A stretch of DNA of 64,000 bases, from the IMG/VR virus record IMGVR_UViG_3300047483_000490, positions 15,636 through 79,635 of that record; one strand, written 5' to 3'. The notes below the pieces were generated by a model. The model worked only from the letters and a program-made list of their open reading frames with translations, made no database searches and was not told where the DNA came from. Below are positions 1-9,764 of the stretch, piece by piece. This DNA is from a virus. Position 1 is the first letter of the stretch; each line of letters begins with the position of its first letter. Made by a program: the position numbers and the translations under genes.

Positions 1-993
1 GTCTATCAACCAGGAGCTGAAGTAGTAACTGAAACTCAATTTGCAATGTCAATTGGTCTAAATAATCCAGTTTACACTACAAATCAAGTTAATTCTTGGG
101 ACTTTACACAAATTAAAGTGCCTATTTTATTGCCATCTTGGATTGACACTAATTCTATTAATGATATTATGCCAGACAAGCCAATGCTTCTTTTAAGAGA
201 AGGCAACGCAGCTGTTAAAAATGCATATAATCAATATTTGAATGCACCAACTGATGAAAACTTTGTAAGATTTAAAAGAATTGTATTTAATAATTTGACA
301 GAAGGTCAAAGACACCCAGGTGAGCATGGATATTCAGACTTTAAAGAGTCTTATAACACAATGAAATGGATGTCTAGCGCTTATATTCAACACGTAATCA
401 GATACAAAAATGGAAATTTTGGTCCATTTAATATGATGGTTGATGGTAAAATGTCAGATGACACATACGAATCGGTTTTAGATCCAATTTGGTTTGCTGG
501 TGATATTGCTCGCAGAAGTTTAGATAATGGTAGCGTAACGCAACAATTACCAGAAAGAGATGAAATCAGATCTACGTGGTTGTATCTTGGATGGATTGGA
601 AATTACGGCAAAACTGCTAATTTTGAAACTAAGTATATTGCCGAAGCTCTTATAAGTAAAAGATTTCAATATTTAACACAAGCAGTTATTATGAAATCTT
701 TAGTGAACAGACCGAATAATGTTCAAGCTCTTTACGACGATATTAAAACAGCCAGTAAAGATGTAGATCCAAACACAGGCAATTATGATAAATGTTTAGA
801 TTTCATGTTAACTTATGTCGATAATAAAATCACTACGAATTATCAAGGAGCTAAAGTGATAGGCGATCAGAAAAAATGGTCTTTAGAAGATCTTGAAACA
901 GCTCGAGGTTATATTAATCAAAGGGCAGGTGGTTCTAAAACAGCTTTATTAGCTAAGATTGACAAAATTATAACAGCAGTAAACGCAATGTAA
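1..993 (+). CDS. Hypothetical protein, probably 5'-truncated
   Basis: The frame of ORF 46..993 is open back to base 1; no recognisable motif. Confidence 0.7.
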   Translation, partial: VYQPGAEVVTETQFAMSIGLNNPVYTTNQVNSWDFTQIKVPILLPSWIDTNSINDIMPDKPMLLLREGNAAVKNAYNQYLNAPTDENFVRFKRIVFNNLTEGQRHPGEHGYSDFKESYNTMKWMSSAYIQHVIRYKNGNFGPFNMMVDGKMSDDTYESVLDPIWFAGDIARRSLDNGSVTQQLPERDEIRSTWLYLGWIGNYGKTANFETKYIAEALISKRFQYLTQAVIMKSLVNRPNNVQALYDDIKTASKDVDPNTGNYDKCLDFMLTYVDNKITTNYQGAKVIGDQKKWSLEDLETARGYINQRAGGSKTALLAKIDKIITAVNAM

Positions 994-1065
994 TTATGAA
1001 AGAAAAAGAAACAAATCAAATGATTTTAATACTATTGCTAATTGGTTTTGCATTTGGCTTTATAG

Positions 1066-1371
1066 TTGCAAAAGGACTTTATGATAATACGCCAATCACA
1101 AGAGCAGATGTATATGAAATTAATCAATCGCAGTGGTATGAATAGCACAGAAATCATAGGTTCTTTTTTAGAAAGGAATTCATTTAAGAAGGTTGGAGAA
1201 AATAAGTATGCAAATGATTTGTGTTTAGTTACGATCAAAGAAGATCATTATCAAATTAACTTTACAAATTTTGATGGAGATTGGGAATTTTACACAGATT
1301 CATTACATATACCATCATTAGTAGGCACATTAACATGGAACGATTTATTAGATAGAAATTACTCAAAATAA
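1066..1371 (+). CDS. Hypothetical protein (true start may be ATG 1108)
   Basis: ORF track; operon-like spacing with next gene. Confidence 0.6.
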   Translation: MQKDFMIIRQSQEQMYMKLINRSGMNSTEIIGSFLERNSFKKVGENKYANDLCLVTIKEDHYQINFTNFDGDWEFYTDSLHIPSLVGTLTWNDLLDRNYSK

Positions 1372-1375
1372 GATT

Positions 1376-1957
1376 ATGAAAGTATACACTCAAAAACAAG
1401 TTAAAGAATTATTAGAAACACAAAGAGGTAATTGTTACGTTGCTGTTTTAAATGAAACTAAAAATGAAGAAATTGCAGGAATGACTCTTTTAGCGCCAAT
1501 TCCAGCTGGAGAACAATTCGATAAAATGTATGGCGTTGATGTTACTGAATTAATTCACGAAGATCTAGCTGACAAGGAATTGCAAGAAAATTACAATAGC
1601 TTTAAAAGATCAAAGGAATCTGCAAAGACATCTTACAATGCATTAGTACCGAAGTTAAACTCTATGATTGACATGATTGTTAATTTAAAAGAACTTATAG
1701 TTTCATTATCAATGCAAGGACTATCAACTGAAAATGCTGTAAAAAGACTTGCAAAATTAGATGATCGTTTTACTAAACTTTCAGAAAGAGCAGATTTCTA
1801 TAAAACTGAAATGGACAAGCAAGATCTTTTAATTAAAAAATATGAAGATTGGAACGAGCGTAAATTGTTTATGCACTGGAAATATTTATCATTATTAAAG
1901 GCAATTGATGAGCCTTGGTTGGATTGGAAACAAGGATATAAAGACACAATACTTTAA
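1376..1957 (+). CDS. Hypothetical coiled-coil protein
   Basis: 193-aa ORF with heptad-rich central region. Confidence 0.7.
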   Translation: MKVYTQKQVKELLETQRGNCYVAVLNETKNEEIAGMTLLAPIPAGEQFDKMYGVDVTELIHEDLADKELQENYNSFKRSKESAKTSYNALVPKLNSMIDMIVNLKELIVSLSMQGLSTENAVKRLAKLDDRFTKLSERADFYKTEMDKQDLLIKKYEDWNERKLFMHWKYLSLLKAIDEPWLDWKQGYKDTIL

Positions 1958-2064
1958 ACTTTTTAAAGGTTTAAGATATAATAAATAGATCCACTACGAA
2001 AACGGCGCGCGAAACTACTAATACCGACTCGTACTGTCTGGCAGGTCAGACTGGATTTATGGAA

Positions 2065-2143
2065 GTTAGATATTGCGTAATGTGAAAGCGGTCTATCACA
2101 CCCTCCGGGTTGCAAAGTCGTAGGTTCGAATCCTACTCTAACT
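2065..2143 (+). ncRNA. Degenerate tRNA-like RNA with no valid anticodon arm
   Basis: GTTAGA/TCTAAC acceptor and perfect T-arm GTAGG-TTCGAAT-CCTAC; middle region non-canonical. Confidence 0.55.
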
Positions 2144-2166
2144 ACAAACATATAAAATATAAAATT

Positions 2167-2343
2167 ATGGGATTTTTTTCAAGTATTATTACAGCAACGG
2201 TTAAGACCGTATTAACGCCAGTAGCAATCGTTAAAGATGTTGTGAATGTTGCAACAGGAGAGGAAGTTAACGCAACTACAAAACTTATATCTAGCGCAGC
2301 TGAGGATTTATCAGATGCTGTCGATGATATAACAGGAGGTTAA
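2167..2343 (+). CDS. Small hypothetical protein (MGFFSSIITATVKTVLTP...)
   Basis: ATG after A-rich leader; the longer ORF start at 2110 overlaps the tRNA-like element. Confidence 0.65.
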   Translation: MGFFSSIITATVKTVLTPVAIVKDVVNVATGEEVNATTKLISSAAEDLSDAVDDITGG

Positions 2344-2351
2344 ATTTTATC

Positions 2352-2480
2352 GGCCAGGTGGTGGAATTGGTAGACACTAAGCCTCAGCAAGAGTGGCGGA
2401 ACGCTGTGACGGACTCCGAAGTACAAGGAGTTGAAGGTGAAGATTACGCACGGTTATAGGTTCGAATCCTGTCCTGGTCA
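2352..2480 (+). ncRNA. tRNA-like RNA with ~75-nt structured insert replacing anticodon and variable arms
   Basis: GGCCAGG/CCTGGTC acceptor, Leu-type D-arm GTGGAATTGGTAGACAC, T-arm ATAGG-TTCGAAT-CCTGT. Confidence 0.7.
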
Positions 2481-2481
2481 C

Positions 2482-2870
2482 TCTACTTAAACTAGTTTAT
2501 GAACAGTCTTTGAGGTGAGATGCTCTCATTATAAAATTAGGTTAAACATTGAATACCTTTGTAAATAAGCGGACTCAGTAGTGTGGGCAGTACCTTTCAT
2601 GGTATGAAGCAAAGAAGACAGGATGTAATTTCCTTCCTTATTTACATAAAGATACTATCAGTAATGGTAGATGTGTTGTTCCCTTGAGAAAGAAATATGA
2701 AATACGAGGTAGGTCATAACATCCTACACAACACAAATGAGTTCTCAGCAAGTAGTTAAAGCGGAAGATTGTACATTAAATTGTCCGAAGTACTTAACAG
2801 ATTAACTACGTGACCCTACTCTTATATGGGCGTAAACAGTAAGAAATAGTCATATAAGAAAGAGGGTGCT
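2482..2870 (+). ncRNA. Large structured non-coding RNA candidate
   Basis: ORF-free ~390 nt with nested inverted repeats (TGTAAATAAG/CTTATTTACA, GTGTTGT/ACAACAC, CTCATT/AATGAG, GTAGTTAA/TTAACTAC, TCTTATATG/CATATAAGA). Confidence 0.6.
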
Positions 2871-2881
2871 AAAAATATTTG

Positions 2882-2922
2882 CTTAAATATTTTTTTATGT
2901 CAAATTAATTATGTATATTTAC
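2882..2922 (+). promoter_or_regulatory. Class I (early-type) promoter repeat
   Basis: TAAATATTTTTTTATGTCAA-N~9-GTATATTTAC motif, about 11 copies in window, each just upstream of an ORF. Confidence 0.7.
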
Positions 2923-2942
2923 ATATCTAAATAAAACACAAG

Positions 2943-4061
2943 ATGGAAAATCAAAATTCAGTTTGCTATGTAGCAAAAATTAACGAGATTAAAGCAATTG
3001 AAGGAGCTGACAATATTGAATTGGTAGTTGCTGGAGGTTGGAATGCTATTACAAAAAAAGGTGAATTCACCGTAGGTTCATTAACTGTAATTGCAACAAC
3101 TGACGCAGTTATTCCTGAAGCACTTTCTGAAAAGATGGGTGTTACTAATTATTTACGTAAAGGTCAAAGAGTTAGAACTGTAAAACTAAGAGGTGTTTAC
3201 TCTGAATGTTTGATTATTCCAATAGTTCATATCAAGGCTTCTAGTATTAGAGAAGGTCGCGACTTAATGGAAGAATTAGGCATCACTAAATTCGAGCCAC
3301 CGGTTAAACAAATCCAATTAACTTCTGGCAAAAAGATTCGTTACAGTGAAAATCCTAACTTTAAAATCTATTACAAGTTTCCAAACTTGAAAAATGTTGC
3401 AGGTATGTTTACTGAAGAGAACGCAGTTCAAATCACTCGTAAATTACATGGAACTAACGCACGATATGGAATTGTAAAACGTAAGAAGATAGGATTACTT
3501 ACAAAACTTAAAGCTTTTTTTGGTGACAAATGGGCTGGATATGAATTTGTAGTTGGTTCTCATAACGTTGAAAAAGGTTCTGAATCACAAGGATTCTATG
3601 ACACTAACGTGTGGTATGAAATTGCAGACAAATATAAGATCAAATCTAAGTTGTGGAATTTTATTAAAGAGACTGCAACACCTGAAGGAATTGGTGAAGG
3701 TTTTTGTATCTATGGTGAAATCTACGGTGCAGGAATTCAAAAGAATTACGAGTACGGTCTTACTGAAATTAAGTTTTCTATGTTTGACGTAACTCTTAAT
3801 GGTGATTATGTACCAACCGGATGGACAGAAATGTATGCAAATGAATTAGGATTTGATCACGTTGAAGTTCTTTACGATGGCTTATGGTCTCAAGAAATTC
3901 AAGATCGTTTTGTCTTTAACAACTTTATTGAAGGCACCAAAGTGCCACATGAAGGAATTGTAATCAAACATGTCTCTGGTGAAAGAAGTAAAGTAGCTAA
4001 GGTTATTAACCCAGACTATTTAATCTACGGTGAAAAAAATAACGTAGGAGATTCTCACTAA
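2943..4061 (+). CDS. RNA ligase, DRB0094-type (N-terminal OB fold plus Rnl2-like nucleotidyltransferase)
   Basis: Motif I KLHGTN, YGEIYG, FDV and EGIVIK; N-terminal IEGADNIE. Confidence 0.9.
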   Translation: MENQNSVCYVAKINEIKAIEGADNIELVVAGGWNAITKKGEFTVGSLTVIATTDAVIPEALSEKMGVTNYLRKGQRVRTVKLRGVYSECLIIPIVHIKASSIREGRDLMEELGITKFEPPVKQIQLTSGKKIRYSENPNFKIYYKFPNLKNVAGMFTEENAVQITRKLHGTNARYGIVKRKKIGLLTKLKAFFGDKWAGYEFVVGSHNVEKGSESQGFYDTNVWYEIADKYKIKSKLWNFIKETATPEGIGEGFCIYGEIYGAGIQKNYEYGLTEIKFSMFDVTLNGDYVPTGWTEMYANELGFDHVEVLYDGLWSQEIQDRFVFNNFIEGTKVPHEGIVIKHVSGERSKVAKVINPDYLIYGEKNNVGDSH

Positions 4062-4372
4062 TGGACCAAATTGCATATAATATTGGTTATATAGGACGCG
4101 GTAGCTCGGGTATTCTGAGCTACTATCCTTCTATATGGGATTGTGATTTTAAAACTTTTGCCAAAAAGGTTAGACAAAAAGGTAATACCAAAGCTTTATT
4201 TAAATGGGCAAAAGAGCATCACGTGACTCCATCTTCAGTTGCATTATTTGTTAGTATTTATAAAGACGATGAATATTCAAATTATACGATCAAGATGATT
4301 AACGTCAGAGAATATAGAAAACACTGGGAATTAATTTATAAAAAAGAATGGACACATGGTCGTAGATTATAA
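4061..4372 (+). CDS. Hypothetical protein
   Basis: ORF with TAATG overlap. Confidence 0.65.
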   Translation: MDQIAYNIGYIGRGSSGILSYYPSIWDCDFKTFAKKVRQKGNTKALFKWAKEHHVTPSSVALFVSIYKDDEYSNYTIKMINVREYRKHWELIYKKEWTHGRRL

Positions 4373-4811
4373 AAAGATCTTATTAGGTATGCTAGGTGAA
4401 AAGATCATAGCTAAACATTTTAGAGATAATGGCTCAAGTGTTGAAGAGTCCTTAAATATCTTTGATTCAGAAAAAGATATGATTATTGATGGTCATAATG
4501 TAGAAGTAAAGACAAATGCACCTCTGATTTATTATGATTCATTCTCAATTCCAAAGAATCAATATAACAAAATAATGAATTCACATCGAGTTTATTGGTT
4601 GTCAGTTCCTTTACAAACAAAGGAAGATCAATTTGCAGGTTGTATTTTTGAAATGGATCCTAAAGTTGCAAAGACCCATACAATTACATTCGGATCTGGT
4701 GGTACAGCAATTGGCCTTAAAAGACAGCAAGCTGGCATGAAAGTTATTCATAGAATTGAAGATCAGGCCTTATTAAAACATCTTCGAGACCTTTCTACTT
4801 CATATATGTAA
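4356..4811 (+). CDS. Putative PD-(D/E)XK restriction-fold nuclease
   Basis: LGE..IA helix followed by D-x7-EVK. Confidence 0.5.
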   Translation: MVVDYKKILLGMLGEKIIAKHFRDNGSSVEESLNIFDSEKDMIIDGHNVEVKTNAPLIYYDSFSIPKNQYNKIMNSHRVYWLSVPLQTKEDQFAGCIFEMDPKVAKTHTITFGSGGTAIGLKRQQAGMKVIHRIEDQALLKHLRDLSTSYM

Positions 4812-4831
4812 AAATAATTTAAAAATAAGTG

Positions 4832-4872
4832 TTTAAATATTTTTTTATGTCAATAAAAAGCAGTATATTAGC
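4832..4872 (+). promoter_or_regulatory. Class I promoter repeat
   Basis: TAAATATTTTTTTATGTCAA...GTATATTAG. Confidence 0.65.
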
Positions 4873-4901
4873 CTTATAATTAAACGATTAAAACTATTAT
4901 T

Positions 4902-5186
4902 ATGAAATTAGACTTATTTGAAAAAGCAAAGGCGGATGCTAAAAAATATGCAAATGAAAATTTAGAATGGTGTTTAGCTCAACCAGTCACTGAAGGAGAA
5001 AGAATACATATTGTAGATATTGCTGCTTCTATTATCATGACTCGTGATAACATCTTACAAGGCGGTGGATTTGTTGAAGCTATCATAGATAACAATTTAA
5101 GTCAAGCTATTTCAAGAGCAGACTCAACATGTATCAAAGCTTTGAAGTTTTTTGTAATGGTAAAAGAAAATGCTGGTAAATATTAA
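4902..5186 (+). CDS. Hypothetical protein
   Basis: ORF downstream of class I promoter. Confidence 0.7.
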   Translation: MKLDLFEKAKADAKKYANENLEWCLAQPVTEGERIHIVDIAASIIMTRDNILQGGGFVEAIIDNNLSQAISRADSTCIKALKFFVMVKENAGKY

Positions 5187-5264
5187 ATTATTTTAGCATA
5201 TAATGAAACTAATTGAAGATTGCGTGTAATATATACACAACGAAAGTTCTTTAATATTAATGTT

Positions 5265-5349
5265 GCCCAGGTGGTGTAATGGTAGCCACGAAGGACTTAA
5301 AATCCTTTGGGACGAAGGTCCCGTGCCGGTTCGAGTCCGGCCCTGGGTA
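5265..5349 (+). tRNA. tRNA-Leu(UAA)
   Basis: Cloverleaf; AAGGA-CTTAAAA-TCCTT anticodon arm; long variable arm. Confidence 0.95.
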
Positions 5350-5359
5350 CTATTTAAAT

Positions 5360-5432
5360 GCCTCCGTAACTCAGCAGGTAGAGTGCAACATTTGTAATGT
5401 TGATGTCATCGGTTCGAACCCGGTCGGAGGCT
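5360..5432 (+). tRNA. tRNA-Thr(UGU)
   Basis: CAACA-TTTGTAA-TGTTG anticodon arm; GCCTCCG/CGGAGGC acceptor. Confidence 0.95.
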
Positions 5433-5443
5433 CAAAACATTAT

Positions 5444-5518
5444 GGCTCCATAATTAAAGGGATATAATGCATCTCTTCTAAAGATGACTTGGGAGTTCGA
5501 ATCTCTCTGGAGCTACCA
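5444..5518 (+). tRNA. tRNA-Arg(UCU)
   Basis: CATCT-CTTCTAA-AGATG; encoded CCA. Confidence 0.9.
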
Positions 5519-5528
5519 CTCAAAACAT

Positions 5529-5556
5529 AAGCCAATCAATCTAGATTGGCTTTTTT
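5529..5556 (+). terminator. Intrinsic terminator
   Basis: AAGCCAATC/GATTGGCTT hairpin plus T-tract. Confidence 0.85.
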
Positions 5557-5621
5557 ATTGCCTAATCATGATACTTTTTATTTTTTCTGAATATAATAGA
5601 TAACTTATTAATTCAAAATAT

Positions 5622-6047
5622 ATGACTTACGCAGAATTTATAGCAGAAGACCTAAAAGGATCTTATAAAATCACAGTTGACCAACCTAGAAATCCAGATG
5701 GAAGTAATCCATATATTCTCAAGCTTGGACCATTTGTCTATGTCGATGTCCAAGTAGAGATTTTAAACATCTATTCCAGATCAGTTGAGCTTTTTCTAAG
5801 CTTCGATGGACTTACAGCCAAAAAGTTATTCTTTACACCATCACACGAAGGACCAGATATTATTCACGCTAAAATCTTTAGAAAAATTGACAAGATAGTA
5901 AATAAAGCTTTATTAGAAGATGGTCGCGAGGAATGGATTCGCGAAGAATACAGAAAGAAAAAAGAAAGATTAAACAATACAATACAAGGAGTTGTTGGAA
6001 AAATAAAAGAAATAGATGGGAATCAAACAAATAATTTGCTCGATTAA
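5622..6047 (+). CDS. Hypothetical protein with N-terminal MTYAEFIAE
   Basis: 141-aa ORF. Confidence 0.7.
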   Translation: MTYAEFIAEDLKGSYKITVDQPRNPDGSNPYILKLGPFVYVDVQVEILNIYSRSVELFLSFDGLTAKKLFFTPSHEGPDIIHAKIFRKIDKIVNKALLEDGREEWIREEYRKKKERLNNTIQGVVGKIKEIDGNQTNNLLD

Positions 6048-6264
6048 AGGGCACAATTACTCTTATAATTTTGGCTGGATGCCAACCAAATGTACTTGTA
6101 AGAGATGTGGAATGAAATGGAAAACTATTAATAATCCAGAGTACATTCCAGGTAAATCCAATCCAATAGAAACAGATTTATACATTTGGATTGAAGATTT
6201 ACAAATAGAATCAAAGCCGAGTATTAACACAAATTGGGATGATGAGCCAGATTTAATGTCTTAA
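6016..6264 (+). CDS. Small Cys/His-containing phage protein (DUF1660-like)
   Basis: IICSIKGHNY...CKRCG pattern. Confidence 0.55.
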   Translation: MGIKQIICSIKGHNYSYNFGWMPTKCTCKRCGMKWKTINNPEYIPGKSNPIETDLYIWIEDLQIESKPSINTNWDDEPDLMS

Positions 6265-6389
6265 TATGAAAAAAGTATTAGCGGCAATATGGTTTTTTAT
6301 CAGCCTATTTTTTAAAAGATTTAAAAGAAAAAAGAAAAGTATATGGGAATTATAACAGTATACATTATTAATTAATTAAAAACAAAACT

Positions 6390-6695
6390 ATGAAAAAATT
6401 AATCGCATTATTTGCAATATTTGCAATAACAAGTTGTTCAGAATTAAGACACGTTTCTTCAGAAGGATTAACATACGAAAACGGAAGTATTTACCATAAA
6501 GGTGCTGTAATTGCTAAATTAAGTGGCGTTGAAGTTGCCTATGACAATCGAAAACTTGTTACAGAAGCAACATTTAAATTGACAAGCTCAGAATACAACC
6601 ACCTGGCTTACGGAATTATCAAATTAGTTACAGAAAGAAATCCTAGATGGGAAGTTGAAGTTGAAATAGATCCAAACACTGAAATTTTAAAATAA
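6390..6695 (+). CDS. Putative lipoprotein
   Basis: MKK, hydrophobic stretch, ITSC lipobox. Confidence 0.7.
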   Translation: MKKLIALFAIFAITSCSELRHVSSEGLTYENGSIYHKGAVIAKLSGVEVAYDNRKLVTEATFKLTSSEYNHLAYGIIKLVTERNPRWEVEVEIDPNTEILK

Positions 6696-7792
6696 TGAAT
6701 AACATAGATACTCAATATCAAGCACTTTTGCAAGATATTCTTGACAATGGTGTAATAAAAAGTGACAGAACTGGAACAGGAACTGTCTCAGTCTTTGGAA
6801 GACAAATTCGTCATAAAATGTCGGAAGGATTTCCATTGCTTACAACTAAGAAAATGCCCTTTAAATCAATCATAACAGAATTGATATGGTTCCTTCGAGG
6901 TGATACAAATATCAAGTATTTGGTTGATAATGGTTGTAACATTTGGAATGGAGATGCTTACAAGAATTATTTAAAATTAACAAAAGATGCTGAACCATTG
7001 ACTCAAGAACAATTTATCGATAAAATCAGATTAGTTCGTTTTAAAACAGATGATGAGTTTGTTAAGAAGTGGGGAGAACTGGGTCCAATTTATGGTAAGC
7101 AATGGAGAAAATGTGAAAATTTCTTTTATGATAACACAGACCCCGATGGTGATGGTTTTAGATACCGATCTATAGACCAAATCCAAAATCTAATCAACGA
7201 CCTTAAAACAAACCCAGATTCTAGACGATTAATGGTTAATGCATGGAATGTTGGAGAATTAGACCAAATGGTTCTTCCACCTTGTCATTATGGATTTCAA
7301 GTTTATACAAGAGAGTTGAGTTTAGATGAGAGATTAGACCTTATGAGAAAGAGAACCAAAGACGGAACAGTTGATTATGATAATAGACACCATGGTTTTT
7401 TAGACTTTCATAATATACCTAAACGATCAATCTCATTAATGTGGAATCAACGAAGTGTAGATACATTCTTAGGTTTACCATTTAATATTGCAAGTTATGC
7501 ACTCTTATTAGAAATCATCGCAAAAGAAGTTAATATGGTTCCAGATGAATTGATTGGAAATCTTGGCGATGTTCACTTATATTCTAATCATTTAGAACAA
7601 GCTAAAGAACAAATAACTAGATGGTCGATAAAACTACCAACATTAAATATTAATGACGAGTTTTGGAATACTGATATTCCATTTTTAGAATCACTAAAAC
7701 GCGATAATTTTCTTAAATGTTTGTTGGAAGAAGATATTCAGTTGTGCAATTATGAATCACATCCAACTATCAAAGCACCTTTAAGTAATTAA
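6695..7792 (+). CDS. thyA: Thymidylate synthase
   Basis: DRTGTGT, GFPLLTTKK, LPPCH, QRSVDTFLGLPFNIASY, GDVHLY. Confidence 0.98.
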   Translation: MNNIDTQYQALLQDILDNGVIKSDRTGTGTVSVFGRQIRHKMSEGFPLLTTKKMPFKSIITELIWFLRGDTNIKYLVDNGCNIWNGDAYKNYLKLTKDAEPLTQEQFIDKIRLVRFKTDDEFVKKWGELGPIYGKQWRKCENFFYDNTDPDGDGFRYRSIDQIQNLINDLKTNPDSRRLMVNAWNVGELDQMVLPPCHYGFQVYTRELSLDERLDLMRKRTKDGTVDYDNRHHGFLDFHNIPKRSISLMWNQRSVDTFLGLPFNIASYALLLEIIAKEVNMVPDELIGNLGDVHLYSNHLEQAKEQITRWSIKLPTLNINDEFWNTDIPFLESLKRDNFLKCLLEEDIQLCNYESHPTIKAPLSN

Positions 7793-7795
7793 AAT

Positions 7796-8134
7796 ATGAC
7801 AGAGACAAGACCGTGGGGAACTTATGAAGTTCTTTTAGATGAAGCAAACACAAAAGTTAAAAAGATCATTGTTAATCCAAATCAAAGATTATCATATCAG
7901 TATCATGAAAAAAGAACAGAGCATTGGATCGTCGTGTCAGGTGAATTGACAATTGTCTTAGATGATTATAAACATTACAGAAACCCTGGAGAGTCTATTC
8001 ATATAGCATTAGGCGCTAAACACAGGGCATGGAATCAAACAAATGAACCCGTAACATTTATAGAAGTTCAAACTGGAACTTATTTTGGAGAAGATGATAT
8101 TGTTAGAATAGAAGATGATTACTTAAGAGATTAA
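7796..8134 (+). CDS. Mannose-6-phosphate isomerase type II cupin
   Basis: RPWG, LSYQYH..R.EHW, EVQTG.YFGEDDIVR. Confidence 0.9.
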   Translation: MTETRPWGTYEVLLDEANTKVKKIIVNPNQRLSYQYHEKRTEHWIVVSGELTIVLDDYKHYRNPGESIHIALGAKHRAWNQTNEPVTFIEVQTGTYFGEDDIVRIEDDYLRD

Positions 8135-8136
8135 AT

Positions 8137-8361
8137 ATGATACAAGCAATAGGTTACTTAGCAACATTTATTACTGGACTTTCATTTATGATGAAGGACA
8201 TTAAAACATTAAGATTAGTAAATGCATTAGGATGCTTGATATGGATAGTTTATGGTGCTTTATTGCACAGCGAACCTATCATTATTACAAACGTTGGTAT
8301 TTTTGGCATTCACTTTAGTAAGCTTTTAAAGGAACAATATATAAAACACAAAGAATTGTAA
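8137..8361 (+). CDS. Small membrane protein (YgjV/PQ-loop-like)
   Basis: Three hydrophobic helices; LRLVN..GC..WIVYG. Confidence 0.7.
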   Translation: MIQAIGYLATFITGLSFMMKDIKTLRLVNALGCLIWIVYGALLHSEPIIITNVGIFGIHFSKLLKEQYIKHKEL

Positions 8362-8373
8362 AAAAAGTAATAC

Positions 8374-9183
8374 GTGAAATCAATCAAATATATCGTAGTA
8401 TGCGGCACTTCGTTCACGCACGGAGGCGGATATTCAGAGCTTAGCCCGATGATTGAGGTATTAAAAAAATATGAAGGTCATGTTCCATCTACAATAGAAG
8501 AATGTGCATGGCCTGCTTTTTTACAAAAACAAATAGATCCTAAAATTAAAGTTTATAATTTAGCTCTTTCTGGATCAAGTTTAGAATATCAATCAAGAAT
8601 CATAAACGAATGGATCGCTAGTAATAAAGATAAAGTCAAAGATACTTTGTTCTTATTAGAAATTTCTGGCTATGGTAGAATGGAATTATGGGATGCTGAA
8701 ATTGAAAGATATGTTGTTTGTAATTACGGTTTTGATAAAAGAAACTCAATAATTTCAATTCATTCAGGTATTTATGACAGAGAGCCTAAATCTAATACAG
8801 AAAAAATGGCAACTGGAGAAGAATTAGTTTCAACTTTTTTTAACAGATACGTGGAACCTACTTATTTTGTTGAAAAAATACAATCTAATTTCTTTGATTT
8901 TCTATGTAAATTAAAATACAAAAACATAGATTTTAAAATATTTGGTGATGCATTTTGGGATCCAACGCTCAATGAAGATGCTATAGTACAAAACAACAGA
9001 TTAAAGCTTTATGATTCTCGTAAAAGGGAAACTGAAGGCATTTTAGACTTCTTAGAAAAAGAAAAGTTACAAATAAAACATATAACCAAAGGTGAATATC
9101 CAGATTTTCATGGGTCATTATCTGGTAATAAAGAAATTGCCAATCAATTTTATACTCAACTAAAGTCAAATTATATTTTATAA
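8374..9183 (+). CDS. SGNH/GDSL-like hydrolase or acyltransferase, paralog 1
   Basis: GTSFTHG, NLALSG and D.H.SL.GN motifs. Confidence 0.7.
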   Translation: MKSIKYIVVCGTSFTHGGGYSELSPMIEVLKKYEGHVPSTIEECAWPAFLQKQIDPKIKVYNLALSGSSLEYQSRIINEWIASNKDKVKDTLFLLEISGYGRMELWDAEIERYVVCNYGFDKRNSIISIHSGIYDREPKSNTEKMATGEELVSTFFNRYVEPTYFVEKIQSNFFDFLCKLKYKNIDFKIFGDAFWDPTLNEDAIVQNNRLKLYDSRKRETEGILDFLEKEKLQIKHITKGEYPDFHGSLSGNKEIANQFYTQLKSNYIL

Positions 9184-9186
9184 ACA

Positions 9187-9752
9187 ATGAATAATTTTAA
9201 AACTTTAGTCATGTCTTTACAAAAAGATGTAGATCGAAGAGATTGGATGAATTCTATTAAATCTAAGATAGGTTTAGATTTTGAATTCTTTGATGCATTT
9301 GCACCAAATCAACTGACAGATTCTCATAAACATTTTTTTAGAACCACAGACTTTCACATTTGGAATATTAATGAAGATGCAGTTAAGGCTACATTTGTAA
9401 GTCATATGTTAATGTGCCAATATGCATCGATAACAATACAAATCTATTAATTATAGAAGACGATATTGATATTGTAAAATCAGTAGATTGGAATAGTGTT
9501 GATTTTACAGAATTTGACATATGGAATTTAACTGCTAAAAAAGTTTCATGCTTTGCTTATTTCATTTCAGTCGAAGGTGCTATCAAACTATTAAAAAGAT
9601 TAAATAGAGTTGAGATAACACAAGCTTATGATTGGGAACTTTCAAAACTAGATGATAGCTTTAAAGTAAAAGAAGAAAAAGAACCAATATTCATACAAGT
9701 TGATAGATTTGAATCTAACATAGCACCAAATGGCTATGAAAAACTAGTCTAA
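9187..9752 (+). pseudogene. GT25-family glycosyltransferase split by a 1-nt frameshift near 9425
   Basis: 5' ORF has SL...DRR, FEFFDA and SH; 3' ORF has LIIEDD and AYFISVEGA.KL. Confidence 0.75.
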
Positions 9753-9764
9753 ATATATAAATCA

